The notes under the pieces: generated by a model
The model's database searches: none
The model's input: only the letters and a program-made list of their open reading frames with translations
Told to the model about the DNA's origin: nothing
Source: an uncultured Acidobacteriota bacterium
GTDB lineage: Bacteria > Acidobacteriota > Thermoanaerobaculia > UBA5066 > Gp7-AA6
Direction: 5' to 3'
Assembly: GCA_963764715.1 (NCBI GenBank)
Contig: CAVXTP010000022.1
Span: forward strand, 608,001 to 672,000
DNA: 64,000 nucleotides
Shown: positions 59,375 to 64,000 of the stretch, in pieces
How the letters are laid out: each line of letters opens with the position of its first letter
Position numbering within the stretch: the stretch's first letter is position 1
Made by a program: the position numbers and the translations under genes

Positions 59375-60337
59375 TCAGAGCGACTGGATGCGGACGGACC
59401 CGCCGCTCGTATGGAGGCGCAGCATGTTCCCGCCCTTGCCGAGCGTGCCCGAGAGGCTGCCCCGCGAGATCTCGCCGCGCACGGCGAGCGGCAGGTCGGT
59501 CCGGACGGCGTTGCCGGAGGCTTCGATGGCGAGATCCGCGCCCGGATCGAGCGAGACCTCGATGCCGCCGCCCGAGGTCGAGAGCGTTCCGCCGTGCGAG
59601 TTGCCGCGCACGAAAGTCGCTTCGATGCCGCCGCCCGACGTGTCGGCCACGACCCGGCCCCCCGCCTCGAGGATCCGGATGCCGCCGCCCGAGGTGTCCG
59701 CGTCGATGTCGCCCGAGACGCGCTCGAGCTCGATCGAGCCGCCGGAGCTCTCGGCCTTCACCGAGCCCGTGACCCCGGTGGCCTCGACGCCGCCCCCGGA
59801 CGTATCCGCCCGGACGTTGCCCTGGATGTTCTTGAGCGTGATGCCGCCCCCCGAGGTGTCCGCGTCGACGTCGCCCTGAACGTCCGTGACGCTGATTCCT
59901 CCCCCGGAGGTGTCCGTCTTGACCTCGCCATGGATGCCCGAGACGGTGATCCCGCCCCCCGACGTGTCGACCCACACCCGGGTCTCGGTCGGGACGCGGA
60001 CCTCGTACTGGACGTTCGTGTTCGAGCTCGAGAACCAGTCGAACTTGTGGCGCTTGCGCGCCGTGATCGAGACGCCGCCCGGGTTCTCGTCGAAGCGGAA
60101 GGTCATGAGCTCGTCGAGGTCCTTCCGGCGGGAGGTGATGACGACATGGGCGTCGGCGTCGGGCGATCCCACGAGCGTCACCTTGCCCATGTCGGTGTCC
60201 AGCCGGAACTCGCCGCCGGGCGCGAGCTTGAGGGTCTTCTCGATCCGCATTTCGGCGACGGAGACGGCCGGCAGCGCGGCCAGGCCCAGGACGGCGAAAC
60301 TCAGCGCAAGGCGGGCGGTCTTCGGGTACGGCCTCAC
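59375..60337 (-). CDS. Secreted DUF4097 (adhesin-like beta-repeat) protein
   Basis: Signal peptide; about 9 repeats of (D)TSGGGI. Confidence 0.85.
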   Translation of the reverse strand: MRPYPKTARLALSFAVLGLAALPAVSVAEMRIEKTLKLAPGGEFRLDTDMGKVTLVGSPDADAHVVITSRRKDLDELMTFRFDENPGGVSITARKRHKFDWFSSSNTNVQYEVRVPTETRVWVDTSGGGITVSGIHGEVKTDTSGGGISVTDVQGDVDADTSGGGITLKNIQGNVRADTSGGGVEATGVTGSVKAESSGGSIELERVSGDIDADTSGGGIRILEAGGRVVADTSGGGIEATFVRGNSHGGTLSTSGGGIEVSLDPGADLAIEASGNAVRTDLPLAVRGEISRGSLSGTLGKGGNMLRLHTSGGSVRIQSL

Positions 60338-60380
60338 GGATACCTCCTCGTCAGGCCCGACGAGGGCCCTTCACCAACCG

Positions 60381-60407
60381 GATACGCAGGCCGCGCCGCG
60401 AGGTTCC
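60381..60407 (-). promoter_or_regulatory. ECF-type promoter of the DUF4097 gene
   Basis: GGAAC-N16-CGTA on the minus strand. Confidence 0.5.
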
Positions 60408-60418
60408 CGGGTATCGGA

Positions 60419-60982
60419 TCAGTCCGAGGCTCGTGCGAACCGGCCGATCCAGGCTTCCAGGGCCGCCAGGAACCGGCCGAGGTGGCGGCGGGTCGCCTCG
60501 TCCGTCAGCCGGCCGGCGGCGTCGAACCGCTCCCCGGCGCGGGCGACGAGGACTTCGGGCTTGCCCATGACGTAGGCGTCGGACGCGAGCGACATCCGCA
60601 GGGCGACCTGGGCGCGGATCGTCCCGCCCATGCCCGGCGTCGCCCCCATGATGCCGATCGGCCTGTCGGCGAAGGCCGCCGAGCCGGCCGGGCGCGAGGC
60701 CCAGTCGATGGCGTTCTTGAGGACGCCGGGAACGCCGTGGTTGTACTCGGGAGTCGCGATCAGGATCCCGTCCGCCTCGCGCATCGAGGCCTTCAGGGCC
60801 AGGACCGGGTCGGGCACCCCGGCCGCCTCCGCGTCGGCGTCGTAGGGCGGGATCTCCCCGAGGCGCTCGAAGGGACGGATCTCGAGCCCGGCGGGCGCGA
60901 GCTCGATGGCGGCCCCGAGGAGTCCCCGGTTGTACGAGCCCGCGCGGAGGCTTCCGGCGATTCCGAGGACCCGGAACGCCAT
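60419..60982 (-). CDS. NADPH-dependent FMN reductase (ChrR/SsuE family)
   Basis: [24 protein letters not shown]. Confidence 0.92.
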   Translation of the reverse strand: MAFRVLGIAGSLRAGSYNRGLLGAAIELAPAGLEIRPFERLGEIPPYDADAEAAGVPDPVLALKASMREADGILIATPEYNHGVPGVLKNAIDWASRPAGSAAFADRPIGIMGATPGMGGTIRAQVALRMSLASDAYVMGKPEVLVARAGERFDAAGRLTDEATRRHLGRFLAALEAWIGRFARASD

Positions 60983-60989
60983 CGGCCGG

Positions 60990-62105
<1,116 letters not shown>

Positions 62106-62148
62106 TCGCGCTCCCTCTGCAATCCGAGACTCCGTCGCGTTTCGCTGC

Positions 62149-62237
62149 GGGCGGCCGCAAGGGCCGCCCCTACACCCCGGAGCCCCAAACGATCGAAATT
62201 GGGGGCCCGGTCGTAGGGGCGGGGCTTGTCCCCGCCC
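62149..62237. repeat. GTAG-type REP doublet
   Basis: gggcggccgcaagggccgcccctac (62149-62173) and gtaggggcggggcttgtccccgccc (62213-62237). Confidence 0.75.
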
Positions 62238-62249
62238 TCCTCGAATCTC

Positions 62250-63749
62250 TCAGTGCGTGTCGATCTGCGCCTTCTGGAGCTTGCCCGAGAAATCCACGTA
62301 AATCGACTTCCACTCGGTGAAGACGTCGAGACCGGCGATGCCGGCCTCGCGGTGCCCGTTGCCCGTGTCCTTGATGCCGCCGAACGGCAGGTGCACCTCG
62401 GCGCCGATCGTCGAGGAGTTGACGTAGAAGATGCCGGTCTCGAAGTCGCGCATCGCCGTGAACGCCTTGTTGACGTCCTGGGTGTAGATCGAGCCCGAGA
62501 GCCCGTACGCCACGGAGTTGGCGACGCGGATGCCCTCCTCCAACGACCCGATCGGCACGACCGTCGTCACCGGCCCGAAGATCTCCTCGACCGCCACGCG
62601 CATCGTCGCGTCGGCGTCGGCGAAGACCGTCGGCGCGTGGAACCAGCCCTTCGCCAGGTCCCCCGTCGCGAGCTTCTCGCCGCCCGTCGCGAGCTTCGCG
62701 CCCTCGGCCTTCCCGATCTCGACGTACTTCGCGACCGTCTCGCGCTGCTTCTCCGAGACGCAGGGGCCCATGTCGATCATTTCGTCGAGGCCGTTGCCGA
62801 CCCGGAGCTTCTGGACGCGCCCGACGAGCTTGTCGAGGAACTCCTTGTACACGCCGCGCTGGACCAGCAGCCGCGAGGACGCCGTGCAGCGCTGGCCCGT
62901 CGTGCCGAAGGCCCCCCAGACGGCGCCGTCGACCGCGAGGTCCACGTCGGCGTCGTCCATGACCAGGATCGCGTTCTTTCCGCCCATCTCCAGGTGCAGC
63001 CGCTTGAAGGTCGGCGCGCAGGCCTGCGAGATCCGCCGGCCGACCTCGGTCGAGCCGGTGTACGAGACGACCTTGACGTCCGGGTGCTGGACGAGCGGAT
63101 CGCCGACCTCTCCGCCCGAGCCCATGACGACATTGAAGACGCCGGGCGGAAGCCCCGCCTCCTCGAAGACGCGCGCGAGCGCCACGACCGAGGCCGGGGT
63201 GTCGGTCGCCGGCTTGATGACGATGGTGTTGCCGGCGATCAGCGCCGCCATGGACTTCCACGCCGGGATCGCCATCGGGAAGTTCCACGGGGTCACGAAC
63301 GCGCAGACGCCGACCGGTTGCCGGATGCACATCGCGAACTTGTTCGAGAGCTCCGAGGGAGTCGTGAAGCCGAAGAGCCGCCGGCCTTCGCCCGCGGCGA
63401 GGAACGCCATGTCGATCGCTTCCTGGACGTCACCCCGCGTCTCGGCGAGGACCTTGCCCATCTCGCGCGTCATGAGGCGCGCCAGCTTCTCCTTGTCCCG
63501 CTTCAGGATCTCGCCCGCGGCATAGAGGACCTCGGCGCGCCGCGGCGCCGGGGTGTTCTTCCAGCCCGGGAACGCCTTCTTCGCGGCCGCGACGGCGGCA
63601 TCCACGTCCGCCTTGCCGCTCTTCGGATAAAGACCGATCAGGTCGTTCTTGTCGGCGGGGTTCCGGTTCTCGAAGGTCTGCCCCGAGGAGGCCGGCACCC
63701 ACTTTCCGCCGATCAGGTTGTGTGTCTCGACTGCGATCTCCGTGGCCAT
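62250..63749 (-). CDS. Aldehyde dehydrogenase family protein
   Basis: TPWNFP, YTGS, LEMGGKN, GQRCT, EEIFGP, PFGG. Confidence 0.95.
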   Translation of the reverse strand: MATEIAVETHNLIGGKWVPASSGQTFENRNPADKNDLIGLYPKSGKADVDAAVAAAKKAFPGWKNTPAPRRAEVLYAAGEILKRDKEKLARLMTREMGKVLAETRGDVQEAIDMAFLAAGEGRRLFGFTTPSELSNKFAMCIRQPVGVCAFVTPWNFPMAIPAWKSMAALIAGNTIVIKPATDTPASVVALARVFEEAGLPPGVFNVVMGSGGEVGDPLVQHPDVKVVSYTGSTEVGRRISQACAPTFKRLHLEMGGKNAILVMDDADVDLAVDGAVWGAFGTTGQRCTASSRLLVQRGVYKEFLDKLVGRVQKLRVGNGLDEMIDMGPCVSEKQRETVAKYVEIGKAEGAKLATGGEKLATGDLAKGWFHAPTVFADADATMRVAVEEIFGPVTTVVPIGSLEEGIRVANSVAYGLSGSIYTQDVNKAFTAMRDFETGIFYVNSSTIGAEVHLPFGGIKDTGNGHREAGIAGLDVFTEWKSIYVDFSGKLQKAQIDTH

Positions 63750-63789
63750 CTCGTTACTCCTCCGCTGTATTGGTTTTCCCGGCGCCGTT

Positions 63790-64000
63790 CTAGCCGCCGC
63801 CCGGCGTGGCCATGGCCACCTTTCCCTGAAGCTGAGCTCCCTCCGCGATCACGATCTTGGGAGCATGGACGTTTCCCTGCACGTCGGCCGACGCGAGCAG
63901 CTCCGCCCGCTCGTCGGCCCGGATCTCGCCGATCACCCGGCCGGCCACGACGACCGCGCGGCCGTGGAGGTTCCCCTGAACATCTCCGGAGGTCGCGACG
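63790..64000 (-). CDS. Bactofilin (polymer-forming cytoskeletal protein), 5' end outside the window
   Basis: ...[24 protein letters not shown]...[26 protein letters not shown]. Confidence 0.85.
   Translation of the reverse strand, partial: VATSGDVQGNLHGRAVVVAGRVIGEIRADERAELLASADVQGNVHAPKIVIAEGAQLQGKVAMATPGGG

Noticed and set aside
59400-59975. Regularly spaced DNA repeats resembling an array
   Set aside because: They are in-frame DTSGGGI protein repeats of the DUF4097 gene with synonymous variation.

Overview
High-GC (~70%) bacterial chromosomal window; gene content and style suggest Acidobacteriota (Thermoanaerobaculia-like), which is an inference. Most of it is core genome: a fabG/fabD-like/deacetylase/GT2 cluster; a partial complex I operon (nuoA,E,F,G,H,J,K,L,M,N, lacking B,C,D,I); Glu/Leu dehydrogenase; dacB divergent from a nuclease-DinG helicase; a PP2C/DnaJ-TPR/RodZ cluster; an aroDE-trpEGDCFBA operon behind a Trp3 leader-peptide attenuator; cysS-def; ileS-lspA-lgt-rluD; exeA/B; an ECF sigma-MGMT pair; ypdA; ald; an aldehyde dehydrogenase; and a partial bactofilin. 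The one clearly accessory segment is a lower-GC island (~18.0-21.87 kb) with two tandem modules, each a small sigma70 region-2-only protein overlapping a paralogous TPR-like helical protein. This is my best candidate for an undescribed regulatory system. Other oddities are an ECF sigma coupled to an MGMT with a C-terminal Ada-type Zn sensor, many apparently leaderless genes, a REP insertion with a 23-bp duplication inside the trp operon, an ATT-start lgt, an acyltransferase lacking the malonyl-binding Arg, and two homopolymer frameshifts. All calls come from motif recognition by eye; no searches were run.
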